NCBI GenBank assembly: GCA_951406725.2
Contig: OX597828.1
Span: 41,478,001 to 41,542,000 of the forward strand
Length of the DNA stretch: 64,000 bases
Reading direction: 5' to 3'
Source of the DNA: Octopus vulgaris
Lineage: Eukaryota
The translations under genes and the position numbers were made by a program. Of this stretch, positions 40,365 to 57,039 are shown piece by piece. The stretch's first letter is position 1. The number at the start of each line of letters is the position of its first letter. Below the pieces are notes generated by a model, which was given only the letters and a program-made list of their open reading frames with translations, ran no database searches and was not told the origin of the DNA.

Positions 40365-41088
40365 TTATTCTTTGTTTCAGTCATTTGACTGTGGCCATGC
40401 TGGAGCAACGCCTTTAGTCGAACGAATCGACCACAGGACTTATTCTTTGTAAGCCTAGTACATATTCTATTGGTCTCTATTGTCGAACCACTAAGTTACG
40501 GGGATGTAAACACACCAACATAGGTTGTGAAGCGATGGTGGGAGGACAAACACAGACACACAAATACACACACACACATACATACATATATATACGATGG
40601 GCTTCTTTTAGTTTCTGGCTGCCAAATCCACTTAGAAGGCTTTGGTCAGTCCAGAGCAATAGTAAAAGACACTTGGCCAAAGTGCCACTCAGTGGGACTG
40701 AACCCAGAACCATGTGGTTGGGAATCAAGCTTCTTACCATGCCGCCACTATTCATTATTTGTTTTTACATACTTCCTAATAATGATTTTAAATTTTAGCA
40801 CAAGGCCAGCAATGTCAGGGAAGGAGATAAGTCGATTACATTGACCTCAGTATGTAACTGGTACTTATTCTATTGACCCTAAAAGTTGACCTTGGCGGCA
40901 TTTGATCTCAGAAAGTAAAGACATAGGTACAGGCGTGGCTGTGTGGTAAGTAGCTTGCTTACGAACCACATGGTTCCAGGTTTAGTCCCACTGCGCGACA
41001 CATTGGCCAAGTGTCTTCTACTATAGCCTTGGGCTGACCAAAGCCTTGTGAGTGGATTTGGTGGATGGAAACTGAAAGAAGCCCGTTG

Positions 41089-41150
<62 letters not shown>

Positions 41151-41360
41151 TGTATGTTTGTGTCTGTGTTTGTCCCCCTAGCATTGCTTGACAACCGATG
41201 CTGATGTGTTTATGTCCCCGTCACTTAGCGGCTCGGCAAAAGAGACCGATAGAATAAGTAATGGGCTTACAAAGAATAAGTCCCAGGGTCGAGTTGCTCG
41301 ACTAAAGGCGGTGCTCCAGCATGGCCGCAGTCAACTGACTGAAACAAGTAAAAGAGAGAG
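40365..41360. mobile_element. Head-to-head pair of SINE family A copies (40365-40745 -, 40928-41360 +)
   Basis: Both are near full length. The + copy has the intact head GGCGTGGCTGTGTGGTAAG. Confidence 0.85.
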
Positions 41361-41960
41361 AGTACAGTTTGTAAATTGGTTAAGATGGGCCTCCAGTTGT
41401 AGAAACCATTCCTGATAATGAAGCTTGGACCTGTCCTGCAACTAAACCAGATCTTATTAAACTGTCCAGCTTATGGCAGCATGGCACAGGGACATTAGAT
41501 GATGATGATGATAATATATATAGATAGGTGTATGTGTGCATGTTTGTGTGTGTGTGTGTGTGTGTATGTGCACATGTGTGTAATGTATATATAGTGTAGT
41601 AAGTAAAGTTCCTACCTGTGTCAGGTTGACTCATAGGGCAATTTCCCTGGTTTCCATGGCGTATACATTCCCCACCTGGATGGGACGCCAAACCATTGCA
41701 GGGTGACTCAATTTTGCAAGCTGAGTGGACTGGAGCAACGTGAAACGAAGTGTTTTGCTCAAGGACTCAACACATTGTTCAAACCGTGTATCAAAAACTA
41801 TATATGTATATATATGTATATATACAAACATTCATATATATATGTGTGTGTGTGTGTGCATAAAATAAGCAGATTGAAAGCTAGTAAGATAAAGATTATA
41901 TAAGAATTTGTTTTGGTCTATCTTTCATATTTATGGCTATTCACACACGTATATACTTGC

Positions 41961-41992
<32 letters not shown>

Positions 41993-42342
41993 ATGTCTGT
42001 ATGTATATGTTCAACGTACATACAAGCATCCATACATACATGTAATGTATGTATGTATGTATATATATATATATATATATATGTGTCTTTTTCTTGCTAT
42101 TATATTTCCCTTCAACATACCTTTCAAAAATTGAATTGTTTTCTGCCCAAGAATTTCTAAAGAAAGAATATAATTTATGGAGAATTCTCAGCAAGAAGCT
42201 CAAGATTGTTCCGCCAAATTATTTCTTTTACGATGTATACATCAGAAATTCTGTTATCCATCTGTTTCGAAGAAATGTCACAGCTTTTTCCATTGGAACA
42301 TTTTTATTTTGACAAATAATTCAAGAAAAATATTTTATCCTT

Positions 42343-42852
<510 letters not shown>

Positions 42853-43475
42853 GGCATTTTCAAGAATTATTCTCTTGTTCTTTGTGAGTTAAATTTTATA
42901 TTTTGCCTTCGAATTTTCTAAAGAATATTTAAATTGATTTCAATTTACATTTTGCAATTCCCACCTCGCGACTTATTTGTTGCTGTCACTATTGTTGCTG
43001 TGGTTGTTGTTGTTGTTGATGTTGTTGATATTGTTGTTGTTGTTGATATTGCAGTTATTTTCTTTTTTTATTTTCTTTTTTTTTGATATTGTTATTTAGG
43101 CTTTTGTGATTTGGATTTTCCCATTAATTTTATGTGTACACATACTCCTATATATATATATATATATATATATATACCCACTAATATTCGATATACATAC
43201 ATTCATACATACATGCACAGATACACACATACACACACACACACACGCACATGTACACACAAATATACATATGTGTGTCTGTAGATGTTTGTGTGCGTGT
43301 CTGTGTGTGCATGTGTGCGTTTTTGTATCCATGCACACAAACATATATATGTACACACACATATATGTAGCATATGTGTGTGTATGTGTGTGTGTGTGTG
43401 TGTATACATGAAATTAATGACAGTTTCAAAGCAAATATATGCAGCATATATGTATGTGTATGAGATTGGCTTCTC

Positions 43476-43540
<65 letters not shown>

Positions 43541-43578
43541 TTCACACACACAAACACATATACACACAAACACGTATG

Positions 43579-43612
<34 letters not shown>

Positions 43613-43908
43613 TTTACAAATCTAAATATATATGCAATACACCCAAGACAACTAGTAGCATCTAGTAACCATCCCATATTTTGTGTCTACAATATATTTA
43701 AGGTTCTAGTTGTTGATTTCACATAGTCTTACACTCATAGCACCGACTACCTACTATGCTATTGAGCATTCAAACTCAGCATAGAGTCATACTTAATCTA
43801 GAATTGTACTCTTTATAAGACCGTTGCATTTTACATTACTAAGCTTTTCTCATAATTTTTTTCTCCTGAAGATGGGCCTTTGCATCCGAAATATAGAGGT
43901 TTTATTAA

Positions 43909-44113
43909 CCCTTTAGTATTCAAATTCATTTCCTAAATATAATGCTTATTTATCTACATTTTTCAAAATTTATCATTCATTATCTTGTAGTTTCAAAATT
44001 TTGAAGATGTGATCGTTATTGTAGGGTAGGTTTAAGAGGTTGGATCTGGCCAGTTTCAGCATAAAACAGATAGAATATTTGGGCTGGATATGACCAGTTT
44101 GAATGCTAGAGGA
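43909..44113. mobile_element. piggyBac-type MITE
   Basis: TTAA TSD on both sides. Homologous to 25022-25242. Confidence 0.7.
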
Positions 44114-45403
44114 TTAAACATTCCACATTGTCAGAAGCTGTCTATTTTCTCGCTTTTAACCTTCTTTTTGCTCTTCACATTACACGGCATCTATCTGCTT
44201 TACAGTTCCAGGCATGTATTTAAGCTATCAAACTTATTGCATTCTCCCAGTAGAGAACTTTGAATGCATTTCCTCCACTTTAACCAAAACAGTTGTTACT
44301 TCTCAGTAACACTTTTTTTTTATCTTATGCGTGTTGCAGTCATTGGATAGCAGCCCTTCTGGGATACTGCCTTGAAGGATTTTACTTGGACAAATCGACC
44401 CTGTACTTATTCTATAGTTCTGGAACTTATTCTATAGTTTTAGTTTGTCAAACAGCTATGTTACGGGGATGTAAACAAACCAACGCCAGCTGTCAAATGA
44501 TAATGGGTAAGGGTAAAAATAAACACAAAGATGCACACACATATCGTTTATTTTTTTTATCTTTTACTTATTTCAGCCATTAGACTGTGGCCATGCTGGG
44601 GCACTGCCGAGAAGAATATTTAGTCAAATGTATCCACCCCAGTACTTATTTTTTTTAAAGCCTTGTACTTATTCTCTCACACTCTTTTGCCGAACCACTA
44701 AGTTACAGGGACATAAACAGACCAGTACTGGTTGTGAAGCAGTGGTGGGGACAAATACAAATACAAAGACACACACACACACACATATATATTTATATAT
44801 ACATACATACATATAAGTAATATATTTCTTTACTACCCACAAGGGGCTAAACACAGAGGGGACAAACAAGGACAGACAAACGGATTAAGTCGATTATATC
44901 GACCCCAATGCGCAATTGGTACTTAATTTATCGACCCCGAGAGGATGAAAGGCTAAGTCGACCTCGGCGGAATTTGAACCCAGGACGTAGCGGTAGACGA
45001 AATATAGCTACGCATCACCTCTAGGTTGGAATAATATACTCATGCAAGCTGGCAGAATTGTTAGGATGCTGGGCGAAATGCTTAGCGGAATTTCGTCTGC
45101 TGCTACGTACTGAGTTCAAATTCCACCAAGGTCGACTTTGCCTTTCATCCTTTCAGGATCGATAAATTAAGTACCAGTTGTACACTAGGATCGATCTAAT
45201 CGACTGGCCCCCTACCCCAAAATTTCAGGCCTTGTGCCAGGAGTAGATAAGAATATTCATACACAACAACGATATTATGTAGATATCAAACTTGGTACAC
45301 AAATACTGGCCGAATGATATTCATGCAGTGTATGTAGACAACTACACCCAGCTGAGTCAAGAAATCCGCTCTTGAGCTCTTCAGACATGTACATTATATT
45401 AAA

Positions 45404-45787
45404 CTAGGAGTATCGCCCGGCGTTGTTCGGATTTGTAAGGGAAATAACTATAGAGCATTTTTAGAGAGTTATAGCCAAAAAATAGCAAAAAAATGGAAAA
45501 AAAATGATAGTAAATTTTTTTGAGAGTTAAAAAGGTGGAGTTGCGTCCCCTACACAGTCTGTGGTTTGTGTTTCTGATTCTCGACCCCATGTCGAATTTA
45601 TCGATTTTTTTCAGAACTGGGGGAACTTTTAAAAATTTTCGCTGCGTTAGTTTTGAATTATGACATTAGGCTATGTGTGTGTCAAGTTTCATCAGAATCG
45701 GTTGAAAGCCATGGTCAGGGTGAGGGTACAACCTAACAGACACACAGACACGCAGACAGACAAACTGCCGTTTATATATAGAGAAGA
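45404..45787 (-). mobile_element. Non-autonomous Helitron, second subfamily
   Basis: Shares ~115 bp of 3' end (hairpin plus CTAG) with 2531 and 30205 but has a different body. 5' TC and A|T site. Confidence 0.75.
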
Positions 45788-45913
45788 TATACGGTCTATA
45801 ATTCTTTCGAAGGAAGATTCTGAAACAAGTGAATAAAACACAAATGTGTAACTGTAATGGATTGTCATCGGTATCCCTACCGTTACTCAATTATATTGTA
45901 TATACATACATAT

Positions 45914-46428
45914 GTTAGTTAGTTAGTTAGTTAATTTGGCTCAAAAGCAAATAGCAAGGCCATGTAGGGGGACATGGAGTTAAGTACATTGTGGTGTTCA
46001 TGTAAAGAGTTCAGGCCACTTGAGGTCCAGGGAGGTTTGAACAAAGCGGTCGTCGGCATCTTTACCACCTCGTCTGGCAGCTTGTTCCACAGATCCGCAA
46101 CCCGGACGGAGAAAGACCTCTCCTTCGATTGAGATGAAATCGTCGCAGGTAGAGCTTTTCGGAATGACCCCGCAGCCGACGCTCTGGAGCAGGAGTGAAG
46201 AACAGCTCTTTCGAGAGGTTACACTTTCCGCTTATAATGTTGTGGGCGAGAATGAGATCACCACGGCGGCGGCGTTTTTCAAGAGAATAAAGGTCGAGCG
46301 TCCTCAGCCTTTCTTCGTTGGACAAATTTTTGAGACCATGAACCATGCGGGTAGCCAGCTTCTGGACTCTTTCGAGATGCTGTATGTCTTTGAGGAGATA
46401 AGGAGAAGAGGCCTGAATCCCATACTCC
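45914..46428 (-). mobile_element. CR1-type LINE 3' end
   Basis: ORF 46062-46346(-): EERLRTLDLYSLEKRRRRGDLI. (TAAC)n tail. Confidence 0.9.
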
Positions 46429-46835
46429 TATATATACGACAGGCTTCTTTCAGTTTCCATCTACCAAATTCACTCACAAGGCTTTGGTCAACCTGAGGCT
46501 ATAGTAGAAGACATTTACTCAAGGTACTACGCAGTGGGACTGAACCTGGTACCATGTGGCTGGGAAGCAAGCTTCTTATTTCTTTATTGCTCACAAGGGG
46601 CTAAACATAGAGAAGACAAACAAGGACAGACAAACGGATTAAGTCGATTACATCGACCCCAGTACGTAACTGGTGCTTAATTTATCGACCCCGAAAGGAA
46701 GAAAGGCAAAGTCGACCTCGGCGGGATTTGAACTCAGAACGTAGCGGCGCACGAAATACCGCTAAGCATTTCGCCCGGCGTGCTAACGTTTGTGCCAGCT
46801 CTTACCACACAAAGCTTCTTACCACACAAACATAC

Positions 46836-46878
<43 letters not shown>

Positions 46879-47125
46879 TTTGACATGGTTTTTACTGCTC
46901 AAAAAGGTCCCTGAATAAGGGTTATTTAAGGATGTTGAACGAAACACCCATGTTTCCAGAGGTGAATTATTCAAACCCCAAAGAATCCCTCTCAAAACAT
47001 GGCTATGATGCTCCCCCACTACTTCTACTCATGATCAGAGATGCACATATCGTCAGCCCCTAAGGGACATGCTCAACTGGTTAAGGTCAAACAACTGACA
47101 AGCAAATCTGTGGTATTGAGCAGAA

Positions 47126-47615
<490 letters not shown>

Positions 47616-47813
47616 GTTGTTGTTGCTGTTGTTAAACAAAGAAATCTTTATTATTAAACTTGTTACTCATATCATGAATTTTGCTGTATTTTTGCGGAAA
47701 TTTATTTGATTAAATCTCCAAATAAAATTAAATTCAAGTATATGTAACGAATGCATATATATAAGTGTACTTGAGTATGTATAAATATGTATGTATGTAT
47801 ATCTATCTATCGG

Positions 47814-47871
<58 letters not shown>

Positions 47872-48000
47872 ATCTATCTATCTATCTATCTATCTCTCTA
47901 TATATATACACATACATTTGAATATATATATATATAATGCATATATATATATATATAATGCATATATATATATGTACATATGGATGCATGTATATATGTA

Positions 48001-48037
<37 letters not shown>

Positions 48038-48107
48038 TTCATTTGGGTATTAATTTGCTCACTCCACTCTCCTTGTTAAGAATTTCGTATATATATATAT
48101 ATATCTA

Positions 48108-48193
<86 letters not shown>

Positions 48194-48893
48194 ATATGCG
48201 TGTGTGTGTGTATAGATAGATAGATAGACAGATATATAGTTACATAGATAGATAGAAATATGTGTGTATATATTTATGTTTGCTGACATTTGCATAAACT
48301 ATTGGAAGGAAAACAATGTGTTTGTTAAATACACACACACACACACACACACAAATATAATCAGCGCAAAATAGAAACCAAGACAACACAAGAATGTGCA
48401 AGAACCAAACCAAAATTACTGACAACTATTTCACTTCTCAGAAGTGGAACCAATGAACAACACAAGACTATACTATGCCCCAACACCTCACAACAATACC
48501 ACACAACACATTATAAAACAATACACCCAACACAAACCCGTACACAACATGGCATAACTCAGTTTGTTATAAACTTTCAAAGAAGGTTTGTTTTTTTTCC
48601 TTAATTTTATCACTAAATTGAAAATAATTTTTATTTTCAATTTAAATACTTCATTATTTTATTTAATTCTGTGATAAAACTGTCTTTTCTGCCATCCTTA
48701 TTAGTACAGAGTTAAAATAAAAACAAGCACAATGATATAATCCAATAACAAGAAGAACAAATAAACAGCGATAAACAATCAGCTTGTGCCAATCACAGTG
48801 AAAACATTTTAAGACTTCTAGGCAACAGGAGACCCACATTTTAGCTTGGATTATATTTTTAATGATTGGCTATGAAAAAAAAGAGAACCTTCA

Positions 48894-48941
<48 letters not shown>

Positions 48942-49087
48942 AACATACACATTTCCTCATCATTTCTTTTCGACTTTATATTGTCATTTACCTAAATCTC
49001 TACTCTCTCGCTCCCTCTCCCTCTCCCACACATTCTATCTTTGTATGTATGCATGTATGCATGTATGAATGCATGTATGTATGTATG

Positions 49088-49121
<34 letters not shown>

Positions 49122-49177
49122 TGTATGTATGTATGTACATGTATGTATGCATGTATGAATGCATGTATGTATGTATG

Positions 49178-49211
<34 letters not shown>

Positions 49212-49267
49212 TGTATGTATGTATGTACATGTATGTATGCATGTATGAATGCATGTATGTATGTATG

Positions 49268-49301
<34 letters not shown>

Positions 49302-49655
49302 TGTATACACACACACACACACACACACATACATGCATATATACACACATCCACACACATATACAGACAGATGCATGTCAATAAATATTATAGATTTAAT
49401 ATAGTTACGTGTGCGGATCATATATATATATATTTTTGTGTGTGCGTGCATGTGTATGTATGTATTTAAGTATGCATTTATGTATGTGTGTGTAAACGTA
49501 TATGTAGGCATATAGTAATATATATATTTATGTAATATATGTGTGATTATATATAAGTTTATATATATATGTATATGTGTATATATATATATATACATAT
49601 ACATGCATACATATATATATATCTATCTATCTATCTATCTATGTATCTATCTATG

Positions 49656-49766
<111 letters not shown>

Positions 49767-49889
49767 ATACACACATATAGGTATATAGATATATAAACAT
49801 TCATTATCTGAATATATTTTGCATAAATTGTTTATATGTATTCATATATGCATGGTTATAAATGCATGTATGTATATGCATATGCTTAT

Positions 49890-49954
<65 letters not shown>

Positions 49955-50230
49955 AACTATGTATGTCTGCATATATATATATGCTTAACATAGTCAAAAA
50001 CTTAACAGAAATGCAACACCAAAATAACTAAGATGAAAATGGTATTAGTTAACACACACAGACACGCACGCGCATGCATACATACACACACACACGCACA
50101 CACGCATGCATACGCGCATGCACACACATTTACACACAAAATATATATGCATATATACTAACATGTGCACCTACACACACCCACAAATACACACATACAA
50201 ACACACACATAAGCATGCATACATACACAC

Positions 50231-50291
<61 letters not shown>

Positions 50292-50585
50292 CACACATAT
50301 ATAGGCATGATACAAAACTTTTAATGTAAATATATGTGTATATATACTAACATGTACACACACACATGCGCAAATCAAACAATACTATTATTTCGTTAGC
50401 ATTTTGTTTTTTAAAATTCCCATAAATTTGCATATTTCTCTTTCGAAATTTATTGAAATAATTTTCTTCTGGTTAAATTTTCTTATGAATAGTAATTATA
50501 AATATTCACTCAAATACGTGAGCACACACACACACACACACATACTTGCTCCTATTCACACACACAGATCGCACAGATGTGTAAG

Positions 50586-50653
<68 letters not shown>

Positions 50654-50971
50654 ACATATATATATATATATATATATATATGTATACATATATATATATG
50701 TATATATATATACATATATATATATATGTATATATATATACATATATATATATATATACATATATATATGTATGTATATAAATATAGCTAGATAATTGTG
50801 TGTGTATATATATGTGTGAATATATGAGTTTATGAGTGCATGTGTGTCTGTATGCATGTATGTGTGTGTGTGTGTGAGTGGGTGTATCCATATATATATA
50901 TATTTTGCTGTCTGTATCTATGATTGCATGCATATATAAATATCTTTTTTATATATCTATATCACTCTCAG

Positions 50972-51005
<34 letters not shown>

Positions 51006-51043
51006 TGTATGTATGTATGTATGTATGTATGTATCTATGTATG

Positions 51044-51140
<97 letters not shown>

Positions 51141-51280
51141 ATAATAATAATAATAATAATAACTTACGTTATTCATTATTATGTACTTTTTGTGATCTAG
51201 ATATGTTTTATTCTATTTTTTCTATATGATATGGTTTATGTCTATCATTGTTTGAATTACATAATAGTGATTTTTCTCTA

Positions 51281-51330
<50 letters not shown>

Positions 51331-51868
51331 CAGTTGAATAGCCCGTCGTTGCCTGGCAATTTTTGCAATAGAATGTCTTATATAAATTTTTATTTATTCC
51401 ATGTCAGACCATGCCTTCCCCGACAGATAAACTTCTTGATCAGAACAGATTTGTGCAATTTTTCGCAAAAAACCTTCGTTGAGGGTTTTTTTTCCCTCTT
51501 TAATTTATTTACATGTCTGTTCGACCGTTTCATGTGATTCTATTCATTAAAACTTATTAAAACTTCAGAAGTTGTTACAACTTTGTTTATTGGCTGGCGT
51601 TACTTTCGTTTGTTTAATAAAAATTCCTCCACGTAATGATTTTGCTTTCATTTTTGTGATATACAGCTATCGTGCAGAAAATGCCAGCTTCCAAATCCTG
51701 TTTTCTGCAATTTTTCTGGAACAAATAAATAGCAAAATCGGATTTAACGTGGAAAATTATTTCTATATACCAAATTTGAAAATTTTGATGCAATTTTAAA
51801 ATTTCACAATATGTGACAGCAACAAGGAAGATCCTACAAAAGTAGAGAAACAGACTGTTATAGCACGT

Positions 51869-51950
<82 letters not shown>

Positions 51951-52616
51951 CACACTTGTACACACACACATTTACAAACGTACACACAGGTAATCACGAG
52001 TTTAAAATGGTGTAGGTATATGTATGTACGTACGGAAGTATATATGTATATATACGTATGTATGCGTGCGTGTATCTGTGTGTGAGTGTTTCTTTGCGAT
52101 AGACAGTAGAACAGTCACCTACCCCCTCTCCTATTAAAGATAAGTATTCCTCACACCTACCTTTCTTTCCCTTCCTCAGTATTTTAAAAGTTACTTATGT
52201 GCATGTGTAAGTGTGTATGTGTGTGCAATATGTGTCTGTAAGTGTGTATGCATGTATTTATGTGTTTACGAAAGTATGTATGCAGCGTCGCATGTATATG
52301 ACAGCTGTATTAACGTCACTAGCCCACTGCTACTCCATATTTGTTACCTACACAACACTATTCACTCCTTCCCTGATGTCAGTCACACTCACAATGCCAC
52401 AACATTTCCCTTGCACCCTTCTCATTTTATCATATGATAGACCAACCCGACTAGGGGGCTCGTTATAAATTTTTATTGACATCCAATTAGCCTAAAATTG
52501 AAGTGGATATTAGTTTAATATGTATGCAAAGTTTCGTGAAGAATGGTTCACTGGTAAAGGCAGCAAGATGATGGTAACAGGCAGACAGAAAAGCAGAAAT
52601 TGCCATTCATGTATAA

Positions 52617-52688
<72 letters not shown>

Positions 52689-52880
52689 CATATATATACA
52701 TACATACATACATACATACATACACACATATATATACATACAGGCGCAAGAGTGACTTGCTTACCAGTCACATGGTTCCGGGTTCATTCCTACTGCGTGG
52801 CACCATGGGCAAGTGTCTTCTACTATAGCCTCGGTCCTTGTGAGTGGATTTGGTAGACGGAAACTGAAAGAAGCCCGGTG

Positions 52881-52924
<44 letters not shown>

Positions 52925-53479
52925 ATGTGTGTATATGTTTGGGTATCTGTAATAGCCCTGGGTGTCCAAGTAAGATTTAGTCAGGTGTTAAAATTCATGT
53001 GCAATAAATTGCTTATATTTCCATAATACTCAAAATATTTTAACATTTTTAAAAATACATTTTCTAATAATACTTAATTATACTAATACAATAGAATTTT
53101 TCAAACATTGAATGGCTCAGGAGGGCCAGCTGAGTGAAATAGATATCAAAGGGGTTAAAAATGGTTGAGGAATACCGAACTAGCTCATGACCCTCAAATT
53201 ATAAACCCACAGGTATTGAACTCAGCACAGCAACCTAATGAAACATATACTACTGTCACTGTTAATTACAGCTCCTAACCATGAGATCTATTTCAGCTTT
53301 GTGGAGAGAGCCAACTAGAGTTAAGTATGGTGCTGTGCTGATGTGCTATAAAACCCTTAGCTATTCACTTGGTCAAGTTGATCATCTGTGACTTTCATAA
53401 TGATATTAATACAGATTATATCTTGCAACCCTCAGCTAAGTTGTTTGTGCTTCTACATGTTATTCCAGTCCTGAAAGGA

Positions 53480-53526
<47 letters not shown>

Positions 53527-53851
53527 CTTTCAATATGTGACCTCGTGAGTACCGCTGGTGATTTTTTCCCTCTGTCTTCCCTTCACTGGATCTTTCCTTC
53601 TCCTTTGTTTCCGACGAGGAGCTCCGCTCGAAACGTTAAACCCTCCTTCTTCCCTTCTTTCCTGAGCGTCCAATAATACTTTATTTGTTCCACGTCCTCG
53701 CGTTGTTGTGTTTTTTTTGTTTTTTTTTTGTGTTTTCTTGTTTTTACTGAGATCCCCCTTTTAGTAGAAGGAATAGCTATATCTCTTTGACTGCTATTTC
53801 TAAATTCGGTGTGTTGGTGAGGCAATTCGTTGCTAAACCCTTAATTACTTA

Positions 53852-53901
<50 letters not shown>

Positions 53902-55465
53902 AAAAAAGAAGTTTGAAAACGCCACTATATTAGATAAATTTTAATTTTACGTGTTTCGGTTCTTGAAAAAACGAACCTTATCAAAAAAATTTATAACAAA
54001 CAGTATAATGGAACAGTTCATAATCGTTACATACATTCAATAGAATCCATGTTCTTGAAAAGACGAACCTTATCAAATATATTATAAAGAGTATAATAGA
54101 AAAAATCCATAGTCGTTCCTTACTGTTTTGTCGAGTGTAGTGGAAAAGTTCATTATAGATTTCGTGTTGGTATCAAAAGGAACCGCTTTTGTGTTACCTT
54201 GTGTTCCAATGGAACCGACAGTAGTGATTCTTGGTCGTCGTCTGTTGGTCGTAATATATATATAATTATATGCTTAGACAGACAATTTATTGGAAGCTGA
54301 ACAATCTTCTTGAGCAATTATTTTGATCTCTCATTGCCAATGTTCAGATGAATATGAAAATGGGCCATATTTGTTTTTAAAAAGAGTCAAAATTAACACA
54401 GAAGATTTTGAATAAAATGGCGATCGCAGACTGCCATCAAGAGAATATAATCCTTTCTACTCAAGGCTCAAGGCCGAAAGGATGAAAGGCAAAGTCGACC
54501 TCGGCGGAATTTGAACTCAGAACGTAGCGACGGGCGAAATGCCGCTAAGCATTTCACCCGGCGTGCTAACGATTCTGCCATCTGGGCACCTTATCGAGAG
54601 AATATAATGGAAACATGATTGGCGGATAGAATGTAATGGATAAATATTATTGGTTGTTCAAATACTCACCTCAGTTCCCAACTTGGGTAATGTTTGGAGG
54701 CTGTTGATTGGTTGAATTGTATGATTGTAGGGATAAAGGTTGTTCGAATACTTAGTCTGAACTCATTATATTCTGTGTTCAAATCTCATTGATGTCAGGC
54801 TTGCCTTTTGATAATTCCAGGTACAATTAAACGTAGTGGCGTTGATTGATTTAATATTTAGATGATGCACTCTGGATGTGAAGGGAATTAAAGTAAGAGG
54901 TACTTCGTTCCGTATGTGTGTGTTTGTGTGTGTGTGTATGTGTGTGTTTGCCTGTATGTTTGTGTATGTTTGTGTGTATGTGCTTGTGTATACGTGTGTG
55001 AATGCATGTGGTTGAATTTGTGCAATGTGTGAATGCGTGTGTGTGTGTGTGTGTGTGCTTGTATATGTGTGTCAATGTACGTGAAGGTTTCTGCGCATGT
55101 GTGTGTGTGTGTGCCTGTACGTTTGTGTACATGCGTTTGCATGTATGTGTGCGAATGCGTGCGGTTGTATTTGTGCATATATGTGAATGCGTGTATGTGC
55201 TTGCATGTGTGTGTCAATGCACGTGAATGTATCTGTGCATGTGTGTGTGTGTGTGTGTGTGCATGCGTGCGTGCGTATGTCTGTGTGCGCGCGTGCGTGT
55301 GCGTGTGTGTGTGCTTGTGTGTTTGTGCGTTTGTAGTACATTTATACATCAACCTAGGAACATTTCACTCAAGCCTGTTCAGCCTTTTTAAGAAATGATT
55401 GACGTATGCAAGAATAAGCTCTTTCTCTTCTCTCTTCTTCTTCTCCTTCTCAGTCTGTCTGTCTG

Positions 55466-55533
<68 letters not shown>

Positions 55534-55929
55534 TCTATTTGTCTGTATATCTGTCTTCTTTTCTCTCTTTCTCTGTCTCTGTCTCTCAGCCAGTCTTTCA
55601 CTCTACGACATTGTTTAATCAGTCAGAGATACTTGCACAAGTCCAGTGTAAACTACCCCCTGCCTGTCTGTCTGTCTGCCTATCAGTCAGTCTGTCTGTC
55701 TGTCTGTCTCTCTCTCTCTGTCTCTCTCTCTCTCCCTCTTTGTCTCTCTCTCTCTCTGTCTCTCTCTCTCCCTGCTGGTCCTGACAACAAGCAAATTCGT
55801 TGACAAGTCCAGAAGGGGGTCGACGTGTAAAGGGGCAACCTTTGTTTTGTTGTCAATAATGGTTGATGCCGTTACTTCTACTTTCGTTGCAAAACCAACC
55901 TGTCGAAGACAACCGGCCCTACACGAGTT

Positions 55930-56258
55930 TTAACCACCAACAACCAACGCCACGCCACGCCACGTAACGCCACTCCCCCCCACCCTCCGCACTTACTACA
56001 CCACTGCTACTACTACTACCAACATCACCACCGCCACCACTACCACCACGACCACCACCAGAGCCACCATGACCACCGCACAGCGTCGCTACCGCCACCA
56101 CTACCAAAACCACCACCACCACCACCACCACCACCACCACCACCAATATCACCACCACCACCACCACTACCACCGCCGCCGCCATTACCGTCGCCACCAC
56201 CGCCACTGCCGCTCAACCACCACTACCAGCACTACTATCTCACCAGCACCATCACCAG

Positions 56259-56335
<77 letters not shown>

Positions 56336-56460
56336 GTATACTACCGTCATCATCACCGCTACAACTCACCACCACCAGTACTACAAGCACCATATCACCA
56401 CCACTATCACCACCTCCATCACTACCACCACTTCTACCATCACCGCTACTACTACAAGGT
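55930..56460. repeat. (CCA)/(CTA) trinucleotide low-complexity tract
   Basis: Seen directly. Confidence 0.9.
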
Positions 56461-57039
56461 TCCACTAATCCTTACATAGAAACCACACATTCTCCTCACA
56501 ATCTTTTCAATATACGAACACTTGTACGTTGAAGGTTCGTTAACAAAGGCAATTCATGCTAGAGACCCGAGGCTTTTGTCTCTGGTTGTTGTTGGGTGCT
56601 GTTGTTAGCGGGATCATTTCACGGCAAAGCCTCGTTTTCTATTTTGTTGTTGTTGTTGTTGTTCTTCTTGTCCACGAATATTATGTTTCTTAAAAGCAAG
56701 TTCTCCTTCTCATCCACCCCACCCCCCTGCCATACCTCTGTGTCTCAATCACTGCGTTTTCCAGGTTAGATCGTGTCAAACGTTGCTTGTTACCTGAAGT
56801 TTCTTTCAACGAACATTTGCCCACGGCTGGTGTTGATGTTGGTGGTGATTGTCTTTTTTATCAGCGAACAAAGGCCGAGAGAAAATGAAAGTGTGTGGTC
56901 CAGCATTAACAACAAGATGACTTGGAGTAGCTTTAGCGGATTTGGTTTATGTTGTGTAAAGTGGAGAGGGCGGAAGTGGATCAGCGTGAAGTTTCACTGG
57001 AAAGGGTGGAAGTCAGGTGAATTTAGGAAGTTTGTGTGA

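Noticed and set aside
43866-43893. CTGAAGA...CCGAAA hammerhead-like motif (also CTGAAGAGCTCAAGAGC at ~45367-45385 -)
   Set aside because: Helices or the GAAA half are too degenerate to support.
56069-56479. His-rich protein ORF
   Set aside because: (CCA)/(CTA) low-complexity tract with no non-repetitive coding signal.
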